This document shows positions 1 to 9,120 of a stretch of DNA of 64,000 nt, piece by piece. The position numbers and the translations under genes were made by a program. Location: the IMG/VR virus record IMGVR_UViG_3300046786_000774, positions 6,903-70,902 of that record. One strand, 5' to 3'. The notes below the pieces were generated by a model. That model saw nothing but the letters and a program-made list of their open reading frames with translations, searched no databases and was not told the DNA's origin. The stretch's first letter is position 1; each line of letters starts with the position of its first letter. The DNA is from a virus (lineage: Duplodnaviria; Caudoviricetes).

Positions 1-91
1 CTTCCTTCTGCTGGGACTCCTCAACCTCTTGAATCAGAACCCTCTGGTTCAGCACTCGCTGGTTTGCAGCCTGTCGACTTGAAATTGTCAT
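1..91 (-). CDS. hypothetical protein, 5' part only (runs off window)
   Basis: ATG at 91 preceded by GGAGG SD; open to window edge (MTISSRQAANQRVLNQ...). Confidence 0.5.
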   Translation of the reverse strand, partial: MTISSRQAANQRVLNQRVLIQEVEESQQKE

Positions 92-266
92 ATGTTCTCC
101 TCCAGGAATCGTATCATGTTGAAAGAGCGTTGTCTACCGGCCACAGAAAACTAGACTAGTGGAGGATAACCAAGAAGAGAGAAGAAGGGGGAAATAGAAA
201 TATCTTAGAGACCCTTGCGAAGGAGGAGAGGGTGATTATCCTCTTAACCAGGAAAGAGAGACGAAC

Positions 267-500
267 ATGATCGAACGAAGCCGCCCATTCACGAAGGAAG
301 TTGTTGCTCGCGAAATCCAACGGATCGAGCTTGAGATTCTTTCCACCCAACGGGTGTACCTCCGGTCAATGGAGGAGCTTCGTGCTCGCCCTGAGAGCGA
401 GCTGGAGCAAGAGAGCACGACCCGTGTCCACCGAGCCTCCATGCAAGCTCTCAAGGAGCGCCTGGAGTTCTTGGAGGGAATGCACTCTCGGCTCCCCTAA
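267..500 (+). CDS. hypothetical coiled-coil protein
   Basis: 77-aa ORF, purine-rich RBS, phage-like codon use. Confidence 0.6.
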   Translation: MIERSRPFTKEVVAREIQRIELEILSTQRVYLRSMEELRARPESELEQESTTRVHRASMQALKERLEFLEGMHSRLP

Positions 501-572
501 GAGAAAACGCAAAATCAAGGTTGACGAGTCCAAAGCAAGCATTATCATCAAAAGCACCGAAGGAGAACTGAG

Positions 573-953
573 ATGAACACGAACCTCTTCAAGACCCTGG
601 TTTCGAATCCCTCTGGTTTCACGACTGCCGATGACGTGGGAATGGCTGTGAAGGCCGATGCCAAGGCAGCCCTCCTGGGTCTCTGCGAGGTGCTGGCTCG
701 TCAGACCGAGGACGAGCGTGTCACCAAGGGAACCGCCCACAAGAACAAGTTCGGGTTCTCCAAGCGTGAGGTGACCCGAGGAACCTTCCTCGCAACGAAG
801 TTCATGCAGGACGAGACCTCGATCACCCTCGATGAGATGACGGAAGCTTGCGCTCTGGCTCACCGTTACCGCAACCAGCTCTGGATGATCACCCTCGGAG
901 CGGTTCCTGTCAACAACCTCAACCTTCGTCCCACCCTCCGCTCGGCGGAGTGA
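573..953 (+). CDS. hypothetical protein
   Basis: 126-aa ORF, GGAGA SD, GC3-rich codons. Confidence 0.75.
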   Translation: MNTNLFKTLVSNPSGFTTADDVGMAVKADAKAALLGLCEVLARQTEDERVTKGTAHKNKFGFSKREVTRGTFLATKFMQDETSITLDEMTEACALAHRYRNQLWMITLGAVPVNNLNLRPTLRSAE

Positions 954-959
954 ATGGGG

Positions 960-987
960 TTGACTTGGGGGGTTGAAGCATTAACTT
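960..987 (+). promoter_or_regulatory. sigma70-like promoter TTGACT-N16-TAACTT
   Basis: intergenic, upstream of the 1006 gene; same layout as other TTGAC promoters in the window. Confidence 0.4.
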
Positions 988-1005
988 GGAAGTGGAGAGA
1001 AAACA

Positions 1006-1161
1006 ATGACTGGAAAAGCCTACATCGCCCTCGCAATTCTTGTGGCCGTGATCGTCACCCTCAGCGTGCTCACCATCTACGCAGCGTGGAACCACAATTT
1101 CTTGGCTGCTGTCCCCCTTAGCATTCTGGTGTTCATGAGCATCAAGCTCGTTATCAGATGA
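1006..1161 (+). CDS. small membrane protein (2 TM, 51 aa)
   Basis: MTGKAYIALAILVAVIV...; GGAGA SD; ATGA overlap with next gene; below ORF-track cutoff. Confidence 0.6.
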   Translation: MTGKAYIALAILVAVIVTLSVLTIYAAWNHNFLAAVPLSILVFMSIKLVIR

Positions 1162-1436
1162 GCAAGAGCAGGGTCTACAAGACAGAGCAAGCTGTTAAGA
1201 GCGCCATCAAGAAGATGCGCTCCGAAGCTCTCTTTGGTCTGCACCAAGATGGGTACGACCAAGAGAAGGCTGAGGCCATTTCCCGGAACCTGGAGCGCCT
1301 GGAGAGGTTCCTCTTGGCTCAATTGAAGGAAGATGCCTCCAACCTCCAAACCTCCCAGGATGAGGCTCCTGTGGAGGATAGGTGGCTTGGGGAGGACAAC
1401 GTCCCGAAGAAACCAGTTGGCGGTTGGAGTTGGTGA
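1158..1436 (+). CDS. hypothetical protein
   Basis: 92-aa ORF translationally coupled to previous gene. Confidence 0.65.
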   Translation: MSKSRVYKTEQAVKSAIKKMRSEALFGLHQDGYDQEKAEAISRNLERLERFLLAQLKEDASNLQTSQDEAPVEDRWLGEDNVPKKPVGGWSW

Positions 1437-1437
1437 C

Positions 1438-1465
1438 TTGACTCCAGCGAGTTACTGGTTAATCT
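1438..1465 (+). promoter_or_regulatory. sigma70-like promoter TTGACT-N16-TAATCT
   Basis: intergenic, upstream of AGGAG SD of the 1484 gene. Confidence 0.45.
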
Positions 1466-1483
1466 GACTGTCAGGAGAACGGA

Positions 1484-1894
1484 ATGACATACAAGAAGGT
1501 CGACTACGCAATCGAGGCCACCGACAACGAAGCTTTTCGGCTTTGGGAGGCGAATCATTCCAAGATGGAGTGGAAGCAGAACTCCTACGGCTACATGCCA
1601 ACCGTCAAGGAACTCAAAATCCTGAACGAACAAGGCAAGGTCAAGCTCGTTCCCGTCTGTGTGACCCTGACCTGGGCTATCGTCGAAGGACGCACCGTTC
1701 TGTTCTACGAGCCCACGAGCAACTTCGTGGACTGGGAGGCTGTTCATGAGTTCGTGAAGAACAACCTCTTGAACCCTGGATTCACGAAGACCAATGCGAC
1801 GAACGCTCACATTGTCTTCCACGCCATCCAGGATCGAAACGAGCGTGAAGGACGTGGAACCGACAGGGTTCAGGATATGAGGGAGCCGCAATGA
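1484..1894 (+). CDS. hypothetical protein
   Basis: 136-aa ORF, AGGAG SD. Confidence 0.75.
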   Translation: MTYKKVDYAIEATDNEAFRLWEANHSKMEWKQNSYGYMPTVKELKILNEQGKVKLVPVCVTLTWAIVEGRTVLFYEPTSNFVDWEAVHEFVKNNLLNPGFTKTNATNAHIVFHAIQDRNEREGRGTDRVQDMREPQ

Positions 1895-1990
1895 GTGCAG
1901 GAGACTTCATTTTCAACCACTCGGTTTTTGGCAGTCTTTTGTTTCTACTTTTTCCAGCACTCATTTCCCTATAATTATAGGGAACTGGTG

Positions 1991-2419
1991 TTATCTGGTG
2001 AAAGTTTCGGTGATCGTCATGTAGTTGGTTTCAGTTTTGAATTGAGTAACCAACTGCCTTTGGTATGTCACGTTTGTGGCCACACCATACTCAAAACAGC
2101 CATCCCTTTTTGCCCTATCAAGATCGATCATAAGCTCGTTGGATGGAATCCTGAGTGTATTCTGGTAGTTATACCGACCATTACTGAACCTGAAAGTATG
2201 CACCCCACACGATTCATCGCATGGAATCAAGGAGTATGGCCTTCCAGGACAATTTTCAAAGTGAGCAACCACATTAACATCTCCAACCAACCCAGGAACC
2301 TCGACATACTCAAGGTTGTTGAGGTTGGTTTCACGAGCAAAGGATGGAGGAGGAAAACCAACACATGCACTTGCAAAGAGTGCAACAAGGGCGACGATGT
2401 AGAATTTGATGGTTTTCAT
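1991..2419 (-). CDS. putative secreted lipoprotein
   Basis: signal peptide MKTIKFYIVALVALFASAC with lipobox-like Cys; AGGAG SD; AT-richer than flanks. Confidence 0.65.
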   Translation of the reverse strand: MKTIKFYIVALVALFASACVGFPPPSFARETNLNNLEYVEVPGLVGDVNVVAHFENCPGRPYSLIPCDESCGVHTFRFSNGRYNYQNTLRIPSNELMIDLDRAKRDGCFEYGVATNVTYQRQLVTQFKTETNYMTITETFTR

Positions 2420-2440
2420 TTCTCTCTCCTGTTGGTAAAT

Positions 2441-2469
2441 AGGATAACTCCTACGAGATGTAACGTCAA
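2441..2469 (-). promoter_or_regulatory. sigma70-like promoter TTGACG-N17-TATCCT
   Basis: canonical spacing upstream of the 2419 gene. Confidence 0.5.
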
Positions 2470-2528
2470 GGTGTTTTTACTCTTTTGCGTCCACCAGACC
2501 CAAAAGAAACCTTGAGCTCCATCTTTGC

Positions 2529-2807
2529 TTGTTTGATATCATTCAAAAGATCCTGGAGAACTTCTTCCTTGGTTTGGAAGGCATTGTGGATTTCACGGGC
2601 GAGGTCTTGAAGATACTTTTCGCCTTCATTCTCGTCGTGGTCGGCGTTGCTTCGCTGTTGGTGTTTATCGGTCTGCCTTTTTATGGCATTGCCGGGTACA
2701 TCACTAGCATTCCAGGAAAGAGGATTGTCTTCTCGATTCCATTCACCTTCGCCACAGTTCTCTTCATCGCCTGGATTGGGAGTGTGAGGTCAAAGTGGAG
2801 TTCCTAA
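2529..2807 (+). CDS. membrane protein
   Basis: 92 aa, two long hydrophobic segments. Confidence 0.6.
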   Translation: MFDIIQKILENFFLGLEGIVDFTGEVLKILFAFILVVVGVASLLVFIGLPFYGIAGYITSIPGKRIVFSIPFTFATVLFIAWIGSVRSKWSS

Positions 2808-3010
2808 TCTTCCATCTCATCAAGTACCTTATCGTTGCCGCAATCCTCCTCTATGGTGGATTCCCTCGTGGACAAGCAATTGCAGCAGCGGTTGTCCTTG
2901 GCTTCTTGGAGCTCTCGCTCAAGGTTTGGCTCGGACAACAGTTTGTTGCTGTGTACGATGCCGCCAAGGGAATCCATTCCACAGAAGAGCACACTAACCC
3001 ACAAAAATGA
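2795..3010 (+). CDS. membrane protein
   Basis: 71 aa, hydrophobic, overlaps previous stop. Confidence 0.55.
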   Translation: MEFLIFHLIKYLIVAAILLYGGFPRGQAIAAAVVLGFLELSLKVWLGQQFVAVYDAAKGIHSTEEHTNPQK

Positions 3011-3019
3011 CATAGTGGG

Positions 3020-3048
3020 TTGACGCGGTATTCAAATACATGTACAAC
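3020..3048 (+). promoter_or_regulatory. sigma70-like promoter TTGACG-N17-TACAAC (TG extension)
   Basis: 8 nt upstream of ATG 3057, no SD: probably leaderless or near-leaderless. Confidence 0.45.
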
Positions 3049-3056
3049 GCTGCGTC

Positions 3057-3521
3057 ATGAGTATCGCACAACTGATCCTAAGCGCCATCTTGGCAATTTT
3101 CCCATACATGTCCGGCAACAACAGGGCTTGCATCGTCGATCGGCAAACCCAAATTGCTCAACATGCAACAGAGGGGCAACAAACACACGGTGTTCCCGAG
3201 CTGGTGATGATGTCTGTCGGTTTCTCCGAGACTCATCTTGGATGTGATATCAACGAAGGTGGGAATTGGGGAGCTCCAATCTCACGCCACCAACGCCACA
3301 CCGCAGGAACCCCGAACCATGCCGCCGCTGCTCTCAGGAGGAGCTACGAGGTTTGCGGTAACTGGACAGGAGCTATCTCCAGGTTCCGCTGTGGCTTGTG
3401 TTCTTGCCCTGGGGGTACGGCTTCTTACACCCGAAGGGTTGTGGGACTTATGAGAACCTTGAGTGCTCGTGCCAACGTTCCTATGCCAGAGAACATGGGG
3501 AACTTGACAACGAGGAGGTAA
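3057..3521 (+). CDS. secreted lytic transglycosylase (SLT)-like protein
   Basis: signal peptide; GVPELVMMSVGFSETHLG resembles the SLT catalytic Glu motif. Confidence 0.55.
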   Translation: MSIAQLILSAILAIFPYMSGNNRACIVDRQTQIAQHATEGQQTHGVPELVMMSVGFSETHLGCDINEGGNWGAPISRHQRHTAGTPNHAAAALRRSYEVCGNWTGAISRFRCGLCSCPGGTASYTRRVVGLMRTLSARANVPMPENMGNLTTRR

Positions 3522-3541
3522 GTGCTCAACCTACCTTCACT

Positions 3542-3874
3542 ATGCACATCCAACGCGAAAACAACGTCACCCTGATCTTAGGGGCTCCATCAAGTGAAAG
3601 AGATCGCCTTCTTGCAGAAGAGGTGGCTTCCGTATCACGAGAAGGGGTCCCTTTGGTCATTTTGGACACCAAAGGAACGTTGGTTCCGTTGCTTCTGGAA
3701 TTGGAGCTTGCCTTTGCAGTGGCGACACGGCTTGAGGATGTTCCACCAACGGGCATCTCCTTGGTGATCAACGACGGGAATGGGTATTTGAGGTTGGCAA
3801 CGTCTCCAAACCTTGACTTGAGCCCAATCAGGGTTATTGCATCGGTTGATGTGGCTGAATTGCAGCCGCTCTGA
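3542..3874 (+). CDS. hypothetical protein
   Basis: start reassigned to ATG 3542 to avoid overlap with SLT gene. Confidence 0.55.
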   Translation: MHIQRENNVTLILGAPSSERDRLLAEEVASVSREGVPLVILDTKGTLVPLLLELELAFAVATRLEDVPPTGISLVINDGNGYLRLATSPNLDLSPIRVIASVDVAELQPL

Positions 3875-3880
3875 GGAAAC

Positions 3881-4249
3881 ATGGAAAAGAAGAAGCCCAG
3901 GAATTTCACCCTTCCGGCGAGTCCATTTTACGAGGCAATCGTCGGGCCAGCAGCAGAGGCACTGGTTGGGAAGATGGTTCGTCTCAAGAAGGAGACTGAG
4001 CTTTCCTGCGCTTTCGAGTCGGAATTCTCTGAGGGGCAGGAAAATGAGAATTTGGAGCTCAAGACCTTGCCACCGGGGATAATGGGATTTATCGTCGGTA
4101 CTGCAAATCCAAAAACGGTCTTGAGGTTCCTGGTTGTCAATGAGGAAGATGGCGTAACCCCTGGTGTCTACCACGTCAAGTTCATCGACCTTGAACCACT
4201 TCAGGAAAACCAAGAAGACCAACCAAAAGAAGAACAGGAAATCCCATGA
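3881..4249 (+). CDS. hypothetical protein
   Basis: 122 aa, GAGGA SD. Confidence 0.7.
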   Translation: MEKKKPRNFTLPASPFYEAIVGPAAEALVGKMVRLKKETELSCAFESEFSEGQENENLELKTLPPGIMGFIVGTANPKTVLRFLVVNEEDGVTPGVYHVKFIDLEPLQENQEDQPKEEQEIP

Positions 4250-4830
4250 ACAAGCAAATTCTCCGCTCCCTGATCAAGCGCATCTCCGAAGGTGAAACCA
4301 TCTCCGTTCGCCTTCGATCCATGGCGTCCCCCGCACGATTCTCTGTGGTCAAGAAGTCAATCGGACGAGGAAAGGGTGGTTCCCTTTTCTTGACACTTCA
4401 AGACGAGTTCGGTGGCGAGGTGACCATTGGAACGCCCACAAGCGAGCAGGTCTTGAGCATGGAGGTTGCAGGCGTGGTCGTCGGCGTCGATGATGAACGA
4501 GCCGATCTTCCTCCAGCAACGCCCAAGCTTGAGCTCGCAGCCGAAATCAAGGCCAAGATGCGCCCAATCGTGGGTGAGGGTGGAATTGGAAGAAAGGTCC
4601 GTTTGACCTCTTCCTTCGCACCCTTGAACGGTGTGTTCGTGATCCACTTCTCCAAGATCGAGAACGGAAAGTTCGGTCAGGTTCACTTTCTCCTGTCGGA
4701 CGAGCTTGATCCCGATGAAATGCTGATCGACTTCTGGAGCTACCGTCACTCCGGTTTGCTGGACTCGTTCGAAGTTCTCCCTGAGACCGATTCAGTCCCG
4801 GCCACCATCGACGAGAGCACGGGGGAGTGA
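4246..4830 (+). CDS. hypothetical protein
   Basis: 194 aa, ATGA-coupled. Confidence 0.75.
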   Translation: MNKQILRSLIKRISEGETISVRLRSMASPARFSVVKKSIGRGKGGSLFLTLQDEFGGEVTIGTPTSEQVLSMEVAGVVVGVDDERADLPPATPKLELAAEIKAKMRPIVGEGGIGRKVRLTSSFAPLNGVFVIHFSKIENGKFGQVHFLLSDELDPDEMLIDFWSYRHSGLLDSFEVLPETDSVPATIDESTGE

Positions 4831-5481
4831 CAGAGGACGGATGAGAGGTTGACCAATCCTTGCAACCCTCTCGAACTCCTTGACATCAAGCTCCTGAACC
4901 TGGAAGGTTGGAACTGGACCTGGGTCACTCGATTCAATCGAGGTGTCCCTTTCTCCAATTTCATTCACGAGGTGCGGATTCATGATCGCCAATCCCCTTC
5001 CAACAGGGCTGCAATCAATCCTTTCCTCGTTTGGAAGGCATACATGCTGCATCCCAAGGGAATGACCAATCTCGTGCATCAAGGCAGTCCTGAACTCAAG
5101 ATTGCCCTGTGTGCATGTTGGGTCAATGAAAATCTTCGACTCCCCCCTTGGAGTCATGTCGTATCTTGCAGCCCCAAGGACAGAGCAGTCCCCAGGATGA
5201 CCTCTGGTCAAGTCAGAGCTCACGACCTCGATGGAGTTGACACCCTCTCCTCCAAGTACAAACCTTGGACCAAGTCTGTTAAGCTCCTGGAGAGCTTCCT
5301 GGGCTTGTTCCCTTTGGTGCTGGGTAAAGTTCTCCGAGAGGTGAACGTGTACCTCTCCCCACTTCTGCCAGTTGTGATGGTTTGGTCGTCGAAAGACGAT
5401 GGCTGGGATGGTGACCATCAAAACAGCAAGTACGGCAAAAACCACACCCAGGATGACATTTCGTTTTGTTGAGGCTTCCAT
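4792..5481 (-). CDS. membrane-anchored zincin metallopeptidase (matrixin/M10-like)
   Basis: HEIGHSLGMQH (HExxHxxGxxH) followed by Met-turn AIMNP; N-terminal TM; AGGAG SD at ATG 5481. Confidence 0.8.
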   Translation of the reverse strand: MEASTKRNVILGVVFAVLAVLMVTIPAIVFRRPNHHNWQKWGEVHVHLSENFTQHQREQAQEALQELNRLGPRFVLGGEGVNSIEVVSSDLTRGHPGDCSVLGAARYDMTPRGESKIFIDPTCTQGNLEFRTALMHEIGHSLGMQHVCLPNEERIDCSPVGRGLAIMNPHLVNEIGERDTSIESSDPGPVPTFQVQELDVKEFERVARIGQPLIRPLSLPRALVDGGRD

Positions 5482-5482
5482 A

Positions 5483-5758
5483 ATGGCTCCTACAGGTAGA
5501 TATCCCCCCGGACAGCTTGTGTGGATTAAGGTTCGCTCGGACATTGCCGAGTTTGACTACGATGGAAGTTACACGCCGAGAATGGACGTAGCGAACTTCA
5601 AGGTTGGATTGGTAATCCGTGACGCTACTACTGCCGAAGCTGACCTCTACGGTTTGTATGAACCCGCGATGATAGTCCTTATCGAAGAAAGGATTACCCC
5701 CGTGATTGATAGCGCACTTTACTCCATCGACACCTTCCCATTGGATGACGAGCAGTGA
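5483..5758 (+). CDS. hypothetical protein, tandem paralog 1 (YPPGxLVW family)
   Basis: shares YPPG.LVWI and C-terminal [DE][TA]F[PS]L[DE] with the next two genes; start uncertain. Confidence 0.65.
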   Translation: MAPTGRYPPGQLVWIKVRSDIAEFDYDGSYTPRMDVANFKVGLVIRDATTAEADLYGLYEPAMIVLIEERITPVIDSALYSIDTFPLDDEQ

Positions 5759-5985
5759 ATTTCTACGACCAATACCCGCCAGGGTCACTCGTGTGGATCA
5801 GAAGTTCTGACCGAGCTGCAAAATGCCAAATTGGGTTTGTGGTGCGCAAAGCCACCGATAGAGACCGATTGCACTGGGGTGTCCACTATGGTAGTTTCGT
5901 TGTTGTCCTGGTTGGGGAACAACTCGATGTGTACGGACCTGGGTGGATCTTTCCGCTGGAAGCTTTCCCTTTGGACAGCAAATGA
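5755..5985 (+). CDS. hypothetical protein, tandem paralog 2
   Basis: YPPGSLVWI...PLEAFPLDSK; GTGA overlap. Confidence 0.65.
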   Translation: MNFYDQYPPGSLVWIRSSDRAAKCQIGFVVRKATDRDRLHWGVHYGSFVVVLVGEQLDVYGPGWIFPLEAFPLDSK

Positions 5986-6206
5986 TAAATGGGAGTATTG
6001 ACCCAGGTACCATCGTTTGGTGCGTGAAGGTGCCTCGCTCAGTCAGTCCTGGATTCACACCCCACAAAGAGGAGTGTGTGCTTACGTTGGTTGTTTCAAA
6101 TTTGGATGATGTCGATTCCTACGTCATCCTCAACGAGAAGGTTGTTTTAAGGTGCCGTTGTTGGTTTTACCCACTTGACACCTTTTCTTTGGAAGAAGAC
6201 GATTGA
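5982..6206 (+). CDS. hypothetical protein, tandem paralog 3
   Basis: IDPGTIVWC...PLDTFSLEEDD; ATGA overlap. Confidence 0.65.
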   Translation: MINGSIDPGTIVWCVKVPRSVSPGFTPHKEECVLTLVVSNLDDVDSYVILNEKVVLRCRCWFYPLDTFSLEEDD

Positions 6207-6231
6207 CGGGAACGAGCAGAGGGCATAGACT
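6203..6231 (+). promoter_or_regulatory. sigma70-like promoter TTGACG-N17-TAGACT
   Basis: canonical spacing upstream of rtcB. Confidence 0.5.
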
Positions 6232-6263
6232 AGTTACGCATTTCAATCTCCAAAGAGGAAATC

Positions 6264-7502
6264 ATGACGGAACAGAAGTACGAGTGGATCGAGACGGGTG
6301 GTAAGGTCGGAGCGAAGGCTTGGGTCAAGGGTGTCAAGTTCGAGGACGAGGCACGCCAGCAAGTCAGCAAGATGGCCTCCCTGCCGTTCATCCACAAGCA
6401 CATCGCAATCATGCCCGATGTTCATGCAGGAAAGGGCTCTACTGTGGGGTCTGTGATCCCAACGAAGGGTGCTGTGATCCCAGCTTGCGTCGGCGTGGAC
6501 ATTGGCTGTGGGATGATTGCTCTCCGTACGAGCCTCAAGGCTTCGGACCTTCCTGTGAGCCTCGCTGAGATGCGTTCGCTCATTGAAGAGAACGTTCCCC
6601 ATGGACGTACCGACAATGGCGGGGCGAACGACCGTGGAGCCTGGGGACAGGCTCCTGAAGAGGTGGAAGCTGCTTGGTTGAAGATGCAGCCTGGGTTGAA
6701 GCAGATCGTTGACAAGCACCCAAAGGTGTTCCGTCAGAACGATCTCCGTGGCCTGAAGCAGCTTTGCTCGCTGGGGACAGGAAACCACTTCATCGAGGTC
6801 TGCCTCGATGAGAACCAGAACGTGTGGGTCATGCTGCACTCTGGTTCCCGTGGAGTTGGGAACTCCATTGGTTCCTACTTCATTTCCCAGGCAAAGGAGG
6901 AGATGAAGAAGTTCCACATCAACCTCCTTGACCAGGACTTGGCTTACCTTTCGGAGGGAACCACTCTCTTCGATGACTACTGCCACGCTGTGGAGTGGGC
7001 ACAGGAGTATGCTCGAACGAACCGCATGCTCATGATGGGTCGAGTTCTCAAGGCAATCCGTGAAACCAAGGGAATCCCTCCTTTCAACACCGAAATGGAA
7101 GCCGTCAATTGCCACCACAACTACGTCTCCAGGGAGACTCACTTCGGTGAGAGTGTCCTGGTGACCCGCAAGGGTGCCGTCCGGGCTTCCAAGGGAACGC
7201 TTGGTATCATCCCAGGTTCGATGGGAGCTCGCTCCTACATCGTTCGTGGGCTTGGGAATCCAGAGTCCTTCGACTCTTGCTCCCATGGAGCTGGCCGAGT
7301 CATGTCACGTACGGAAGCCAAGAAGACCTTCTCCCTGGAAGACCACAAGCTGGCAACCAGCGGTATCGAATGTCGGAAGGATGAGGATGTGATCGACGAA
7401 ACTCCTGCCTGCTACAAGGACATTGACGCTGTCATGGCAGCTCAGGCGGACCTTGTCGAGGTTGTGCACACACTCAAGCAGGTGTTGTGCGTCAAGGGTT
7501 GA
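6264..7502 (+). CDS. rtcB: RtcB-family RNA 3'-phosphate/5'-OH ligase
   Basis: MPDVHAGKG, VGVDIGCG, SLGTGNHFIE, LHSGSRG, CHHNY, HGAGR, KQVLCVKG motifs. Confidence 0.97.
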   Translation: MTEQKYEWIETGGKVGAKAWVKGVKFEDEARQQVSKMASLPFIHKHIAIMPDVHAGKGSTVGSVIPTKGAVIPACVGVDIGCGMIALRTSLKASDLPVSLAEMRSLIEENVPHGRTDNGGANDRGAWGQAPEEVEAAWLKMQPGLKQIVDKHPKVFRQNDLRGLKQLCSLGTGNHFIEVCLDENQNVWVMLHSGSRGVGNSIGSYFISQAKEEMKKFHINLLDQDLAYLSEGTTLFDDYCHAVEWAQEYARTNRMLMMGRVLKAIRETKGIPPFNTEMEAVNCHHNYVSRETHFGESVLVTRKGAVRASKGTLGIIPGSMGARSYIVRGLGNPESFDSCSHGAGRVMSRTEAKKTFSLEDHKLATSGIECRKDEDVIDETPACYKDIDAVMAAQADLVEVVHTLKQVLCVKG

Positions 7503-7529
7503 TTTTCTCCAAGAAAGGCACGGAAACAC

Positions 7530-7808
7530 ATGTTGCTTTGGTTCATTTCGGTTGCCGTTTTGGCTCCCTTCATTGCTGCGACGCCACACATGGCGAAGAC
7601 GTCTACTTTCTCCGAGGCAGCGCGCGCGTTGGGGGCCAGTTCATTCTGGCTGTTGATTGGTGGTTGGTTGATTCACAGCACTTCATCTCCCACAGAAAGA
7701 GCTGACATGTATCCTGCTGTTGCAGTTGTTCTCGGGTTTTTCATTCTCGACGGCATCACCCTGTACTGGGTGAACAAGCGTTTGAAGGGTGACTGGACGC
7801 CTACTTAA
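7530..7808 (+). CDS. membrane protein (3 TM)
   Basis: 92 aa, hydrophobic. Confidence 0.6.
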   Translation: MLLWFISVAVLAPFIAATPHMAKTSTFSEAARALGASSFWLLIGGWLIHSTSSPTERADMYPAVAVVLGFFILDGITLYWVNKRLKGDWTPT

Positions 7809-7813
7809 AGGCA

Positions 7814-8017
7814 ATGTCGCACGGTAGGTACGTTTACATTCTTGTTGGTATGCACCCTGAGCAGTGGGCAAAGCTTTCTGCACAGCTTGGCATCGAGGGG
7901 GCATTGATTGGCTTCTCCAACAAGGAGCCGCACGTCCTTCTCACGAAGGAACTTGCGCAGCGTTTGAAGGATGAGTTCCGTGTAGAAGTAGACGGCCCTT
8001 ACGGGTGCGTCGACTAG
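7814..8017 (+). CDS. hypothetical protein
   Basis: 67 aa, AAGG SD. Confidence 0.55.
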   Translation: MSHGRYVYILVGMHPEQWAKLSAQLGIEGALIGFSNKEPHVLLTKELAQRLKDEFRVEVDGPYGCVD

Positions 8018-8271
8018 TCTAGGTCCTCAAGTGCTTCCTGGAGCATCTTCTTGAGCTTCTTCTTGAACTCTTGCAGGTGAGGTGGGACTGGAACATCCTT
8101 CTTTGGTTCTGGAGCCTTTGGCTGCTCAACCTTCTTCTGCTTTCTTTCGGTGAACAAGGCTTGGAGCATGACATTCTTCCCGGAGGTGTCCCCGCTTACA
8201 ACCTCGCCATCTTCCTCTTCTTGCTCCTCTTTCAGAAGATCAAGGAGGTCGTTCTTTTGTTCGTTGCTCAT
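8014..8271 (-). CDS. acidic hypothetical protein
   Basis: 85 aa; TATTTA-N5-ATG upstream. Confidence 0.65.
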   Translation of the reverse strand: MSNEQKNDLLDLLKEEQEEEDGEVVSGDTSGKNVMLQALFTERKQKKVEQPKAPEPKKDVPVPPHLQEFKKKLKKMLQEALEDLD

Positions 8272-8322
8272 GGGTGTAAATATCGCTTGCTGCCTACAAG
8301 AAGGCTTGCATCTTGGTAGTGT

Positions 8323-9120
8323 GTGATTATGGTGTTACTCGCCATGAAGAACAAAGCCAGCCGTACAGCAATCGTCCAGAAGAGTGGTACCAACGGGTTC
8401 TACAGTACCGGCATTGCCTACTGGAGCGACAGTTGTGACTCAGCAGCCAAGGGTTTCAAGGCTCTTGGGTTTCAGGTGAAGGGATACAACTCCCAGGAAA
8501 AGAACTGGTGCAAGAAGGTTGGAGTGGCCAAAGAAACTCCAGTTCGTGGCTCTGTGCAGTCTGTTCGTGCCGCTCTTCGATACCTTGGAGTTCCTGAACC
8601 CAAGAATGTCGACATCCCAAACGAGCTCATGGAGTTCGCTGGGAGGAAGGTTTGGCACTCCACGGTCGGAGAGGTCCAAAAGAAGGCGGCAGCCAAGGTT
8701 TTCGTCAAACCATTGGACTTCCAGAAGGATTTCTCAGGTCACACAGTGTACGATGGCTGGTCTTCCATTTTGAAAACTCTTCCCAAGAACTATCGGCTTC
8801 TTTGCCAGGAGGTTGTGCACCTCACAGAGGAGTTTCGCTGCTACATTGTGGAAGGGAAGATTGTTGGCATTCGTTCCGTGGAAGATTCCAGCCCCCCGCT
8901 TACATTCAGCGAGCTCAGCCTGCTTGAGGCGATGTTGAAGGCTTACAAGAGCCAGCCAGCAGGTTTCTGCCTCGATGTTGCTCGCAAGGTCACGGGGTAT
9001 TCCAAACAGCTCGTCATTGTTGAGACAAACGAGGGCTTCTCCTGCGGAAACTATGGTATTGACCATGCTAAGTTTGCCCAAATGATCAAGGCCCGATGGG
9101 ACGAGCTGGTATGTCGTTAA
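8323..9120 (+). CDS. ATP-grasp protein (DUF4343/R2K-like)
   Basis: VFVKP, QEVV..EEFRCYIVEGKIVG, FCLDVA, IVETNEGFSCGNYG. Confidence 0.8.
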   Translation: MIMVLLAMKNKASRTAIVQKSGTNGFYSTGIAYWSDSCDSAAKGFKALGFQVKGYNSQEKNWCKKVGVAKETPVRGSVQSVRAALRYLGVPEPKNVDIPNELMEFAGRKVWHSTVGEVQKKAAAKVFVKPLDFQKDFSGHTVYDGWSSILKTLPKNYRLLCQEVVHLTEEFRCYIVEGKIVGIRSVEDSSPPLTFSELSLLEAMLKAYKSQPAGFCLDVARKVTGYSKQLVIVETNEGFSCGNYGIDHAKFAQMIKARWDELVCR

